A stretch of 63,885 bases of DNA, counting the filler, from Circinaria calcarea (taxonomy: Eukaryota): the NCBI GenBank assembly GCA_051942165.1. It is 42 parts of 42 records of this genome, joined end to end, with 100 filler letters (N's around TTAATTAATTAA, not from the genome) between each part and the next. Parts side by side here need not be neighbours in the genome. Positions count along the whole stretch, not along the records: positions 48,905 to 50,314 come from JAVECS010004754.1; positions 50,415 to 51,823 come from JAVECS010004755.1; positions 51,924 to 53,331 come from JAVECS010004756.1; positions 53,432 to 54,839 come from JAVECS010004757.1; positions 54,940 to 56,347 come from JAVECS010004758.1; positions 56,448 to 57,855 come from JAVECS010004759.1; positions 57,956 to 59,363 come from JAVECS010004760.1; positions 59,464 to 60,871 come from JAVECS010004761.1; 34 more parts are not named here. One strand, 5' to 3'. A program made the position numbers and the translations under genes. The notes beneath the pieces are model-generated. The model ran no database searches, was not told the DNA's origin, and saw nothing but the letters and a program-made list of their open reading frames with translations. Numbering within the stretch: position 1 is the first letter of the stretch; each line of letters opens with the position of its first letter. Of the stretch, positions 49,687 through 62,378 are shown in pieces.

Positions 49687-50784
49687 GGTGGGCCGGAAGG
49701 TGGCAAGTTAGGGTGATGATGGAGGTTTTGTGATTGATGCGGGTGTGATGAGTCGATGGAACCCTGGTTGAACGTAAAAGTTGGATGGTTGAGATTGCAC
49801 AGCGTGAAGGTGAAGATGGAAGTACACGAGAGTGAACGCAGCACCATCTGATCCGTATTAGGCGAGGCACGGGATGACACATTGAGCGTGAAGCGATTTA
49901 GACAGCTGCTCTCGTCAAATTCACTCCGAAAAAGGAAGAGCAGGACGAGTTTTAATTAGACTTATAATTGCAGGAGCATACAGACTAGAGAAACATCTTC
50001 TACCTACAGACTTCAACATCCTCGAGGTCGTAGAACTCTCAACACTAGGCTTTTCGATACTCGTTACTCAGCTCAGAGCCCTAATTTGGATGATTAAACA
50101 TGAATTTTCGTGAACGGGTCCGGCAGGTCTATCGATGGCGTGCTTCTATGAGACACCCAATGGAGGACTCCCTAGTATCATCAGAGCCAACACTGATTTT
50201 ATACTCGGCCATACAGACGGTAAGACCATCTGCTAGTTCATTTCAGATGCACTTACTGCCATGATACCGTCGCTCTACCCGAACGCCGGACCTGCCCATT
50301 ATTGATTTTGGCCANNNNNNNNNNNNNNNNNNNNNNNNNNNNNNNNNNNNNNNNNNNNTTAATTAATTAANNNNNNNNNNNNNNNNNNNNNNNNNNNNNN
50401 NNNNNNNNNNNNNNGCCTCGGGCCGCAACGAGTCAGAACTCTTTCAGGTTCTGCATGGCATGCGGTACTACAGACCCTGGAGCGACAGGGTTTCAGATAT
50501 CCAAAAGGCATGATCAGAAGACACGTTGCACAAAATGCAACGCTTCCATGGTTTGAGCTATCAGTGATCGGAAGAAACGGCTTGCACTCGCAGCTAAACT
50601 TAAGAAGTTTAAACTGCCTAAACATAACACAGAAGCTGATATTTTGAAGCATTACAGTAGGAGCCAGCTGTCAAACCAGACAGTCGCCTCTTCTTCCTCT
50701 AGCCCAATGCTGGGTGGTTAGTCCGGCCCATTACCGGATGATTCAACATGATCGACTTGATTTAGTTGAATTACCCTGATTGCC

Positions 50785-50879
50785 ATGTCTATGGACGTGT
50801 GCCCATCAGGGTAGATCTTCGAGTAATGTCTATGGACGTATGCCCATTAGGGTAGATCTTCGAGTAATGTCTATGGACT
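50785..50879. repeat. 41-bp tandem repeat, 2.3 copies
   Basis: ATGTCTATGGACGTRTGCCCATYAGGGTAGATCTTCGAGTA at 50785, 50826 and (partial) 50867. Confidence 0.95.
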
Positions 50880-51723
50880 TGTGTCGAGATCTGCGTCATT
50901 CCGTCTGGCCCAGTGCCGGATGCTCGACAAGATAGCTTACCACTATCTGCATTGATTATTTTGATTCTAGAAAGTCGGAATCTTCGGTGTCATTGCTTCT
51001 TTCGGCTGGTCTGATCGAGTGGAGACGTCGTTTTGATGAAGGGAAAGAGAGGGAGAATAAGGGTGTTATGAGCTTCGCCTATCAAATAGGGAATGGTGTG
51101 TTGACCATGTAGTTGACACAATTAGCGCTCTTAACAGCCAGTAGCAGGAATATATTCCTGACATTCCGAAAATAGCATTGCGTCGACTACACTTGGTTCA
51201 GTGCCTGCTTTACTATGCCAATCTACTGGCTTAGCCAGTAGCCAAATAGCACGCTGAAGCCATAGCTAATGGACATCCTTCACTTCACACGTATAACAAG
51301 GGGTTAGGGGAAGGGGGATGGATAGGGGGAGCGCCAAGACTTTGAGTCATCATGTTATTTATACTGATTGATACCTCCGCCGAGATATCGTGGCTCTTCA
51401 AGTACTTATCTGCGTAATGGAATTGTCCTTAAAAAAATCGTAGAAAAAGTATTGAGTGGTGAGAATATGGCCTTGGCACCCCCCCCCTCCCCCTGTACAG
51501 CCCTAAGGTTATTAGGATTAAGCGAGCGATGACGAACGAGTTTGCCTAGGTTTCTCTTCTGTGTCGCGTTTGTCATTCTTTCAGGTGTCGGCTAGGACGC
51601 ATCATTTTGAGTCGTCTTTGAGCTACGACAACTGAATGACCAAATCTCTCTTCAACAGCTGAGGAGGCTACCTTTCATAAGTATAAGAACACTGCCATCC
51701 TCGAACACTTGGTTAGGTCAAAG

Positions 51724-51823
51724 ATGGACAATGAGACGGTGGGACAGTTTATCAGCATCACCAACTCATCTGCCGAGAGAGCCCAACAGTACCTCGGGCT
51801 TACGGATGGCAATATCGAGCAAG
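51724..51823 (+). CDS. UBA-like N-terminus, probably a UBX-domain protein (Ubx5-like)
   Basis: MDNETVGQFISITNSSAERAQQYLGLTDGNIEQ. Confidence 0.7.
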
Positions 51824-52922
51824 NNNNNNNNNNNNNNNNNNNNNNNNNNNNNNNNNNNNNNNNNNNNTTAATTAATTAANNNNNNNNNNNNNNNNNNNNN
51901 NNNNNNNNNNNNNNNNNNNNNNNTGGGGGAAGAGAGGGAAGGGGGAAGGGAAGGGAAAGGGAATTGGATGTATGATGTAAGAATTTAAAATACCGGGATC
52001 CCCCTTCCCTTCGCTTCCCTTCGCTTCCCTTCCCTTCCTTTTTTTCTTTTTTTTTTCGCCTTTCATCTCATCTCTCAGTTCCCCACCTCCGTTCAGATCT
52101 TTTCGCCCCAGGATATCATTCCATTCCCTTCCTTTCCCTTTAGAAACGGAGGATTTGGAGGGGAAGAAACGGGCAAGTCCGCACCACTTAGTACTTAGGG
52201 GGGAAACGAAAATTGCTGCCCGTCCTGAAGGGGAAACGGAGGGGGGGGAAAGAAAATCCCGAACCCCGCCCCCCTAATTAGATTTTGAAAGTTTAGAAAT
52301 TTGGAAATTTGGATAGAGTTGATTTTTGAATTGGAGATTTTGTGATTGAAAACCACCCCCCCCCCCACCAAAGAAAAAAGGAAAAAAAAATCGCTTGGTT
52401 TGTCCGATCTAGATCTTAGCTGGTAGTCCCCTCCTTTTCTTTTCTTTTCTTTTCTTTCCTTGCCCGTCAACGTCAATGATTAGCGGTTGCGATTGCGATT
52501 GCGATTTTTTTTGCAATGGTTGGAGAGGGGAACCGGGGGGGAAAAAAGGGAGAATTTGCCACCGTCCTGTTTCCCCGAAACCGAACAAACGAGCCTGTGG
52601 GAACCGTGGGAATTGGGGGGGGGGGAAAGATCGAATGAAGCTGGGCTGAGCTGGGGCAGGCGGAAAGTGCCAAAAGGCTTCCAAGTCCAGCAACCAACAA
52701 TCAGCCACTAATGGAATGGCAACTTCGTTACTCCCCGTCCATCATCTGCTACAATGCTTTTTCGCGAAAAGAAAGAGTAGTCGTTAGTTACAAAACGATC
52801 CCGTGGGAACTGCTGGGGGAGATTTCTCTTCGGGACTGACCATTTGCCTGCTCTCCCCCTTCCCCACGCCCCCCTTCTCTGCTTTCTCCCTCTCTCTCCC
52901 GCCAGCTCGAACTTTTTTTAAT

Positions 52923-53331
52923 TTATTTTTCCCTCGCCTCGGCGCAATAAGCCGGCGGTGGTGTCTGTACCCTTTCCATCCCCATGCCCATGTCCTCTTC
53001 ATTTTCTCCCCTTGCATGTCCATGTCCATGTCCCCCAATCATCCCCCACGCGCCGTCGTCCCCTCCGTATCCGTATCCATGACCCCGCCTATACCCCCTC
53101 ATCTCCATCTCATAACCCCCTTCCCCTGGAAAGCCCCCTCCAACTCCGGCACCGGTACCGACTCCCGCTCCGGCTTGGGCATGAGCTTTCCGCGCGTTCC
53201 GAGCCGCGAGTCGGCGGTAGCAGAAACCGAGGAGGACGACAAGGACCAAGGCGGCGATGATGATGGGGATGAAGACGGTGATGGTGGGGTTGTCCGGGGT
53301 TTTGGCTGCGGCGGTGGGGGATGGAGAAAGA
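52923..53331 (-). CDS. Single-pass membrane protein with C-terminal PPxY motif
   Basis: TM segment VFIPIIIAALVLVVLLGFCY, then RR, Gly-rich tail and TPPPAY. Confidence 0.6.
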
Positions 53332-54939
53332 NNNNNNNNNNNNNNNNNNNNNNNNNNNNNNNNNNNNNNNNNNNNTTAATTAATTAANNNNNNNNNNNNN
53401 NNNNNNNNNNNNNNNNNNNNNNNNNNNNNNNTCATAGACCTCAATCGAGGATATTGCAGAAATAGTGGGGACTCGTATAGTGATTTACAAATAACGGGGG
53501 ACTTTGAGTATAGATAGATATATCACTCGTACCCTTACGCCGAAAACTTTCTTGGCATGTTTTGCCCCCAAAAAAAAAGTGGGGATAAATTAGGAGTTTT
53601 GGGTGTTTGGGTAGGTATAACTTTCTCCGACTTCCAAAAATTTCCGGAGAAACACGCCCCCGTTAATACCGTGTTTGTGTTCAATGAGTTCTGCGTGTCC
53701 ACGCGATTTATTTTTCGAAACGGGAGGAAAACACGGTCCACTGATAAAAGCAAAAAACGATGGAAGATGGACCCCCGAGAACCCCCGGAGAACCCCCGGA
53801 ACCGGATTTCATTGGAAAATCACATCGCGATCGATCAACCCGAGTTTGGGCTGTTGACGGATGGGAGAAAAAAGGAAGAGTGTCTTGACAGATCAAACCC
53901 AAACTCTTGTTTTTTGGGGGGGGGGAAGGGGAAGGCAACTTGTGCAACGTCTCCCGCTTTCGAGTCAGTCCGGCGGCTGTTGCTATTGCAGGAAAAGGGA
54001 AAGGAAAGGTCCGGTCACGGATGGTGGGAAAGACGGGTAAAAAAAGGGGAGGAAGGGGGCAATTGGCACATAACTAAACTCCTGGAGTAAGATTACATAC
54101 CCCGAGGCATTGGTGCGGGTGGCTTCAATGTACCACAAGCAAAAGTAAATGCAAAAACCGTAAGGAATTGGGGGCATGAAAAAGTCTTCTTCTTCTTCCA
54201 GTCTTTCGGAGACTCCGAGATGTATATTTACCTGACTCCCTTCTCCATGTGCCTAAAACGGAGAATGGGGGAATTGAAAAGCACAAATACTCGAACTCCC
54301 CATCACCTGATCCTTTATGGGAGCTATCATATTAACTAAACGAAAAAAAAGGAACGGGAGAGGGGGAAATACGAGTCGAACTCAGGGGAAGCATCAAGCG
54401 GTCTCACAGTCCCCATTGTCAAGTGTGCAAAGCGTTTGGGAACGAAGGATGAGTGAGTGTGAGATTTTGAAATCTAGGACAGGACGGATGCCCACGCAAC
54501 GCGAACTCTTTTGCGCTCACGAGGTCTCGTACCCGCCCATCTCTCAGAACAAAGGGGGCCCAACGTCAAGATACTGCTGTGATGTCCTCTAAAGAATGGG
54601 GATGGCCGGGAAGCTTGTAGAATAGGGGGGAAAATCCCAGCGAGATAAGGAGTAGTTTTGTAAAGAAAAGGGGGGGGGTATGGGGCACAGCAGGAGTGAT
54701 TGGGAACCATTGCTGGGGCCACCGAATATATATTTCTCAACACGGAGAATGCGATTCCGTTTTCGACCCAGTTGTTGATTGTACGGGTTCAGAGAAACAG
54801 TTGTCCTGGTTCTGGTGAGGGTATATTGCATGTCATCTGNNNNNNNNNNNNNNNNNNNNNNNNNNNNNNNNNNNNNNNNNNNNTTAATTAATTAANNNNN
54901 NNNNNNNNNNNNNNNNNNNNNNNNNNNNNNNNNNNNNNN

Positions 54940-55725
54940 GAAGGTCGTAAAATGCTCGATTATACACTCCCCGCGCAAATATTCAGGACTTATATGCAGC
55001 GTGCTCTTTCTATGCTATGCTGCATGCTCTTTCCGTGCTATACTATATGCTCTTTCTATGCTATGCTGCGTGCTTTCGCTATTCTATGCGCGTGTTTTCG
55101 CTATGCTATGCTCCATGTTATGCTCCATGTTATGCTCCATGCTATGCTCCGTGCTATACAGCGTGCTATTGCTATGCAGCGTGCTTTTTTCATACTATGC
55201 CGCGTGCTATTGCTGTGCTATGCCGCGTGCTCTTTCCATGCTATGCCGCGTGCTTTTTCCATGTTATGCTATACCGCGTGCTATTATTATGCTATGCAGC
55301 GTGATGTGCTGGGTACAGTACTAGGTGCTGTACTGGGTGCTATGCTGGGTGCTATACTGAGTGCTATACTAGATATTATGCTGGGTGCTATATTAGGTGC
55401 TATACTAGGTGCTATGCTGGGTGCTATGCTAAGTGTTATGCTGAGTACTATATTAATAACTACAATACGTTTCAGGGCTTTGCGCGCTGGCGCGCGTTAC
55501 CAGTATATAAAGGCTCTACCCGAGAACCCCTACGAGCCCTACGGGGCAACTATACACCGAGGTCACGAGGTATTGGCTTAACGAGAAAGGTTTTCCTCGC
55601 GAAGCGTTACACAAGAACTCCTTAGCAATAATTCATACGCTGATGCGAACCAATTGAGCTCATTATCACATAATTCACCGACCCTTATCGTAAGATCATT
55701 ATACTATTCGTAAAGGATCCTTACA
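54940..55725 (+). mobile_element. LTR family B with U3 minisatellites (5' end cut by contig edge)
   Basis: ~20-bp and 12-bp TGCTATGC-based arrays, TATATAAA at ~55504, and GGATCCTTACA terminus. Second copy at 42999-43166. Confidence 0.75.
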
Positions 55726-56447
55726 AATATTAAGAATGGCTTTCGTCTTAAATTAGTATCCGGGTTCTCAACGCAATAGGTTCCGAATATTAATTATATA
55801 AAATATATAAGATGCTAAGGTATATTTAATTATTATCTCGATCTTAATATTTTTATTTCTTCTCTCAGGCTGATATATATCAGGCTTAGAAAATTTTATA
55901 TCGTTGAATAATACGGAAGCGAAAATTTAAGGGTAAGTACTGGATTGTATTATGGACGCCGTAATGCACTTGGGGGGAAGTCGCCCGGTTTTTTTACCCG
56001 TGGTGCAGCGTAAATATATAATAATATATATATTACCGAAGGAAAACCTTTCCCCCACCCCGAGGGGGGGGCCGGACTTCAGATTCCCCAAGGGGAGGTA
56101 AGAAAAGCCAATCCACACCTTCTTTCTTCTTTCTCACTTCGTTCTCACTTCACAATTTCTATCTCATAACCTACCCCCACCTCCACCGTACGAAATTGTC
56201 CGTCCGAGAAAAACTTGGTTACCGTGCCCCCTTCCCCCACATAATTCGTCCACGTCCGCGTTCCTGGCAGGTAGACAAGGTAATGCAACGTTATGGCAGC
56301 TGAGAAAACTTTTTTTTGGGGGGGGAGGGGGGAATCCCCGAAAGTCCNNNNNNNNNNNNNNNNNNNNNNNNNNNNNNNNNNNNNNNNNNNNTTAATTAAT
56401 TAANNNNNNNNNNNNNNNNNNNNNNNNNNNNNNNNNNNNNNNNNNNN

Positions 56448-56999
56448 ACATGCCCGATGTCTTCTCCGTGCTTCAAGGAATTAGCCCCCGCTAGACGGAA
56501 TACAGACGACGTGTTTGACGTACTCTTTGTGAGGTTTGAACATGGCGCCCTTCTCGTATAGCAGCATCTTGTAGAGCTCTGCTCGAACGCTGTTGGGACC
56601 GCCTGCTACTCCAAGCTCTTCGGCTGCCTTTCTAACAACACCCTCCAGCCAGCCATGCCACGCTTTGTTCGAAAAGGACACGTTACTTGCGTCAATTTCC
56701 CAGGTCTTCCTCACGGTCTCATCAACCAAAGTCTGGTTTCCCTTCCCAAATGGCGCCTGATGACTCGCTTGGATGAGGGTTTGCGCATCGTGGGGCAACA
56801 GCGGAAGTCGGATCGCACCAACTTTATCAACACAGATACCAGGAGGGGCAAAATTTTCGTAGCTGCCGAATGTGGCAAATGACCCAGTGCTGTGAATGTC
56901 TGATATGCAGTCAAGGACAAGGCTTTTTAATTCGGTTAACTGGTCCTCGCTCTTGGAGGAGCCTCGATCACCATCAAAACCACTTGCTGATCTGGCCAT
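56448..56999 (-). CDS. 2OG-Fe(II) oxygenase family protein, 5' part (intron 56471-56523)
   Basis: APFGKGNQTLVDETVRKTWEID, AELYKMLLYEKGAMFKPHK|DTEK (HxD). Confidence 0.88.
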
Positions 57000-58551
57000 T
57001 CTGTTGAGGTGCAGAACTTAAGGATTCGTGGAGATTGAAAAAGGTTCGCATGGTAAAAAAGCGATTTCTCATAGTACCCGGTAACACTTAGCCTAGGGAC
57101 TAAGCTAAGCGTGAATAGTTCAACACATGTATTTAGTTAGGGCATTAGCCCGATGTCCGGTGTTGATCTCGTGATTCGTGAGGTACAATAAAAAAGCTGG
57201 TGCGGCTAGCGAATTGACTACCTACTCATTCATCCCTTCCATCCAGGCAGCGACACCCAGTTGTCGCGTGGGTGTAAAGTTGGCAATCAAGGATCAAGCT
57301 GGCTTGACTGCGAAGTGTACAGAGCATAATGGTAGATTAGCTGGTTGATTGCCAAGGTCTCGCCCCATACAAAAAGGTTGCCCTTCTATCCCCCTGATCC
57401 CCAACCTTCCCGTCGCCCTTTCGCACGCCCAACCTCCAGCCTCGTTTTTCCTCCATTGCAATCATCGGGATAGGTAGAGTCTTTTGTAAATCGCGATCGC
57501 AAGATAGTGGATTAGAGGCTAGAGGGGGGGTGTTAAAAGGTTTAAGCCAGAAAATCATTGGCCTAATTCTCAATTTTCTAGAAATTGGTTCGATTGCCTA
57601 AAATGTGGACACTAAATTTGTGATAACCCTTTACCATAAGAAGTAAAAGGGTTGCAGCAGCCTAACATTAGCCGAGTAGCTTAAATATGATATCCGAACT
57701 AATTTTGTCAACCGCGAGAGAGAGGGCTATGCAACCATTTGCCCTTTCCACAGCCTCATTCTTAAAAGTCAAATTGTTCTTCTCCGCCCTACTCTTTTCC
57801 ACTCGACTTACGTACAACAACCCCCTCCTTCTCATCCTCCAACCAACCCCAACCCNNNNNNNNNNNNNNNNNNNNNNNNNNNNNNNNNNNNNNNNNNNNT
57901 TAATTAATTAANNNNNNNNNNNNNNNNNNNNNNNNNNNNNNNNNNNNNNNNNNNNCTTCCATGAAGATTGAATGCAAAGCATCGATCTCATTCTGCTGGA
58001 TCTCCAAATAGTCCGTAGTTTGCTGTGCCATCAGAAGAAGCACTGATGCGCTACACTCTACGAGTGCTACATGATTACGGTTGTTGCCGTATCAGAGTCA
58101 AGTAGAGATGTCTCCTCAATTATAATCATAGGAAATCCTTAACCTAACCCTCGTGCGAAAAGGATTGCTTGCAGCGTGACTTTTCGCCTACTGTGGTTGC
58201 ACCCATAACAGATGTTAGCGTGGTTCTCTTACAATAATCATAGAAGGCCAGACGACAGTGTGATTTCATACAGAAAGATAGAACATACACCGGAAGATGC
58301 CCTCTATATTACATCTCCTCTTTCTGAAAATTTACACAGCCTTTGCTGAGTGTACCGGGATTGGTTGAAACCCGCGCTAACATCTATTTTGCCTGCTCCC
58401 ACAGTAAACTCGGACCTTTCGTCTAGCCTCGCACCCTCGTCACGATTCGCACTATCGCTCTTTCGTCGATAAGTAAACAACACGCTGAAATTTAGCAAGT
58501 CACCGTGTCGTAGGATCTTATGAATGGTTTTTTTGCAAATCTTGGTTCATC

Positions 58552-59363
58552 ATGCTCGACTGGCTGACCGGAGTCTCGCGCTCGCAGGTTGCGCCTAGCG
58601 CTTCCACAGGTGATAAATATTGGTACTCATAAAGGGGACATTGCTAATAAATCATGTAGATGTGGGCGACTCTGATTTACAAGAACCACCAGAGACGCCT
58701 GCACCATTGTTTGCAGTACGGGCTTTTCAGACGGCTATATTCGGCACGCCTGCCCCAACTACAAAGGAGACTTATCACAATGATCCATTGATCGAGTCTA
58801 ATGCTACGGGAGACATTACCAGCAAACCCAATGTGCCCCTTCACGGGATGAACATCCCAGAACCGAACTTCACCAATACTATCAAACCTAAGCCAGACCT
58901 CTTCGCGTCTCCGGCGAAAGGTATCCTCCTAACACCAGGTACAGCTGCTGTCCGGCGCAAAACCGTCTCATTCGGGACATTGGCTGCGAGCAAGGAAAGC
59001 ACAGCAAGACCAACCATCAATCATGATGGTATGAGTTTGGAAGACTCGCCAGCCATTTCGCCATCTAAGAGTGCCCATGCGAACCAGTCTCGGCAAACAA
59101 GTCTTAATAAGAAACTTTTCGAGACCCGTGATGGAGTAGAGGGAGCAGAAGAAACAAAGTTTACCCAGCTGGATATTCTACAAACAACTCCGCCAAGAGT
59201 ACATGTCGACCGACACACTACGGAATCAAAAGATACGGCTACTCTATCTGACCAGGATGTCGCCGAAGTGGATGTAACTATGGACTTGAAAGACCCCCGT
59301 TCGAGGTCTGGCCGACATTGGAAAAGAGAATATACTCGGTACCATGAGAAATCTGATCATGAG
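58552..59363 (+). CDS. Spindle pole body-associated Cut12-domain protein, 5' part (intron 58610-58659)
   Basis: EPPETPAPLFAVRAFQTAIFGTP, SPAKGILLTPGT...RKTVSFG, DVTMDLKDPRSRSGRHWK. Confidence 0.85.
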
Positions 59364-59463
59364 NNNNNNNNNNNNNNNNNNNNNNNNNNNNNNNNNNNNN
59401 NNNNNNNTTAATTAATTAANNNNNNNNNNNNNNNNNNNNNNNNNNNNNNNNNNNNNNNNNNNN

Positions 59464-60536
59464 CAAGGTCTGAAACCGCTATTCATCGCCGGCTGCGTCG
59501 TAACAACTGTCTTCCTCGACCTTTCCTTTGCTGTTGAAAGGTGGCTCCGACACACGGGGGCGTTGACGAAGAACACAACCAGGGCGGAGAAGATACTATC
59601 TGCACTTGCAAGTATGGTCCTGGTGTTTATGGGAAACTTGACAACAAGCAGCTAACTGAAAGGCATAGTCCTTTTTGCCATTGCAGGTACAGTCGGTCTG
59701 ATCCTCCTATCAGTTTTTGATACCCTAAGGTACCGTCGTAGGCATAATGGATTCTTGTTGCTATTTATGTTAGTATCTTTCTCAAATGTTATATTGCCTG
59801 TCTTGAGTACTCACACATTTCGAGGGCCGGCTACGTCATCTCGGCAATATTCATCTGCGCCGAGTACCAGCGTTTGGGTATTCACTTCCGCGACCAGCGC
59901 GTACTCCGTATCTCCTTTTGGATAAAGCTCGCATTCATTATCGTTGAAGGTAATATTCTGCTCTTACTCTTCTCCCTTTCATCGATTAGGCTCCTGACAC
60001 TTGGAATCACAGTGGCCCTCGCTATCGCATTTGGCGTGTGCAGCTTCCGAGGGAACCCTAATGCCGCCGCAGTCCTAGAATGGGTGATTGCGCTCATCTT
60101 CACCTTCTGGGTCCTCAGCTTCTTCATCGATCTCTTACCGGCTATGCGAACAAAGTATAACGGTAAATCCGCTGGCGCACCACAATTGGAAATGGGAAGT
60201 GGAGGCAGAAAAGGGCATGTGTCGCATGGAAGAGCATCCGGTGCAAATGATTACGGAGACGAGATGATGAATAATACATACACAAACGGGAATGCATTTT
60301 CGAATGGTGGTTTCAGGAGTGGGATGACTAACGGAGGATACAGCCACGGCGCTCCAGCCACTGGACATGAAGAAGCAGCACCGAACGGTGGCTTCAAGAA
60401 CGGTATACCGAACGGGGGTTATGGAAACGGAATGCCGAACAGAGTCATTGAGCATGCAGGGCCTGGATATGACACGGTCGTAAACACAGGCGGGGGACCG
60501 ACATCGAAGTATTATGAGCCGGCGAGAAACTTTTGA
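59464..60536 (+). CDS. Frag1/DRAM/Sfk1 family membrane protein, 3' part
   Basis: LKPLFIAG, ERWLRHTG, LILLSVFDT, SAIFICAEYQRLG, AAVLEWVIALIFTFWVLSFFIDLLPA. Confidence 0.88.
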
Positions 60537-60971
60537 AAGCAGGGCGCCATGACGTGAAATTAGTAAATCTAATGTAGATAATTATGACTCGCACTACAAA
60601 AGTTAAAAATGTGCCCGGCAGGATTGCATCCTGGCATTGGAGACACGGCAAAGCCGCTGCGAGGAGAAAAAATCCCCTGTTCAGGAAGGCAATTCTCCTA
60701 AGGAGGGGGGACACTGGGGAGGATATATCCATCGGGATTGGGATACAAGTACGGAAAACATTGCATCTCGAGCAGGAGAGTTTAGGGCACTGGGAATTCC
60801 GGGGCTCCGAGGAGAAGTACTTGTAGTTTTGGAAAAAGGAAAAGGGAGAGGGAAAAAGACGCCCAAGAATCNNNNNNNNNNNNNNNNNNNNNNNNNNNNN
60901 NNNNNNNNNNNNNNNTTAATTAATTAANNNNNNNNNNNNNNNNNNNNNNNNNNNNNNNNNNNNNNNNNNNN

Positions 60972-61614
60972 CCTTGACGAACCCTCATCTGGGATGGACG
61001 TTGCTGCTAAGCGTGTGATGTGGAAGACACTAGCAAGTGTAGTTGCAGGCCGCAGCATCGTTTTAACTACACATTCGATGGAAGAGGCTGATGCCCTGGC
61101 ATCTCGTGCAGGCATCATGGCTCAAAGAATGTTGGCCCTTGGTACCAGCAACTATCTCCGGAAAAGGCATGGTGATGGTTATCATGTTCATATGCTTATG
61201 AAGACAGCACCTCATACCCCTGCGGCCGAGGTTGACAGAGTCAAAGCATGGATTGTGAATAATTTCGCACAAGCCGTTATAAACGCTAATAACTTTCATG
61301 GCCAAATCCGGTTCAGCGTCCCTGCCAGCTCGCGCTTTACAGTTCCAGACTCCAATTCTTCGAGTACGGATGATGACGAGATCTCCAGATACGGTGAAGA
61401 TTCGAAGATCCGAAAGACCGGCATCAGTGCTCTTTTCACCAAGCTGGAGAGTAACAAGCACGATCTAGGATTCGAGTATTACAGCGTCAGCCAAACCACC
61501 TTGGATCAGGTCTTTCTATCCATCGTAGGCAAGCACAACGTGGAAGAAGAGAATTACGAGAAGCAGAACGTGGTGCAGAAGCGACCGCTTTGGAAGAGGA
61601 TGGTTCGGAGGTAA
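60972..61614 (+). CDS. ABC-A subfamily transporter, C-terminal NBD and regulatory tail
   Basis: LDEPSSGMD, LTTHSMEEADALASR, YSVSQTTLDQVFL. Confidence 0.93.
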
Positions 61615-61940
61615 TTGCCAACAGCATAACATTGCATTGCAGGCGTCTGCTTGGGGCAACTTAACGACCGTATAGAGAGATGTTCGGAGAGATTCGGGAC
61701 GATAACTAGATATTGTTTGCCCGTTCTGCTCACACCTCTTTGACTGTAGACTTTAAATTTACCTCCATCTACTGCCCCGATGATTCCCCACAAAGGGGGG
61801 GATCTGCCATCCTCATGACCGGTAGGTTGTGCACCTTTGTATATTGATGGGACTGAATGGAATTGATATGTTTATTCTTGTAGCCTGATTGATCCCTTGT
61901 GTTTTTACGATCGGGTTAAAGGTTTTAGTTGTGTGTATAA

Positions 61941-62047
61941 GGGCCTGTTTGGCAACCCCCGATTATTGGAATCGATTGTCACAATCGATTTTGCCAGAAT
62001 CGATTCTGAAAATCGATTTTGCGTAATTGCGAAAGGGTGTTTAGGAA
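61941..62047 (+). mobile_element. Probable PIF/Harbinger (Tourist-like) element end, interrupted by an LTR
   Basis: TAA followed by the TIR-like GGGCCTGTTTGG, with four subterminal AATCGATT palindromes. Confidence 0.55.
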
Positions 62048-62378
62048 TGTAATGGCGCCACCAGCCGTGATCAGTACTACACGTACCAAGGGTATTCTGA
62101 AGGATGATCCGAGTGATCCCTTGTGTAACATATGGGATCAGTGGAAGCACTAGTGATCTAAGTGATCCGGTTGATCTAATTATAGGGCAGTGGGATCATA
62201 GGGATTACTGCTGTGACCCCTGTCGTGGAAAGGGTATATAGGCACAGTCCTTTCCGTAGTATTTGACTTATGTGGTCAAGACCTTACAAGTGTAGTAATA
62301 TACTTCTATTATCACTAATTACTTGCCAGTGATTGGTATAGAACCTTGGTGCATATTATAAAATCCCCGCCTTATACC
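62048..62378 (+). mobile_element. LTR family A variant, reverse orientation relative to 688-1068, truncated by contig end
   Basis: Starts TGTAATGGCGC. ~62250-62378 matches the reverse complement of ~733-865. The intervening region differs. Confidence 0.88.

Noticed and set aside
53432..54839. 177-aa and other ORFs
   Set aside because: Homopolymer-rich intergenic sequence with no protein-like features.
54952..55581. Cys/Met-rich repetitive ORFs, RiPP- or metallothionein-like at first sight
   Set aside because: Open in all three frames because of a stop-free minisatellite within an LTR. No signal peptide or Kex2-spaced cores.
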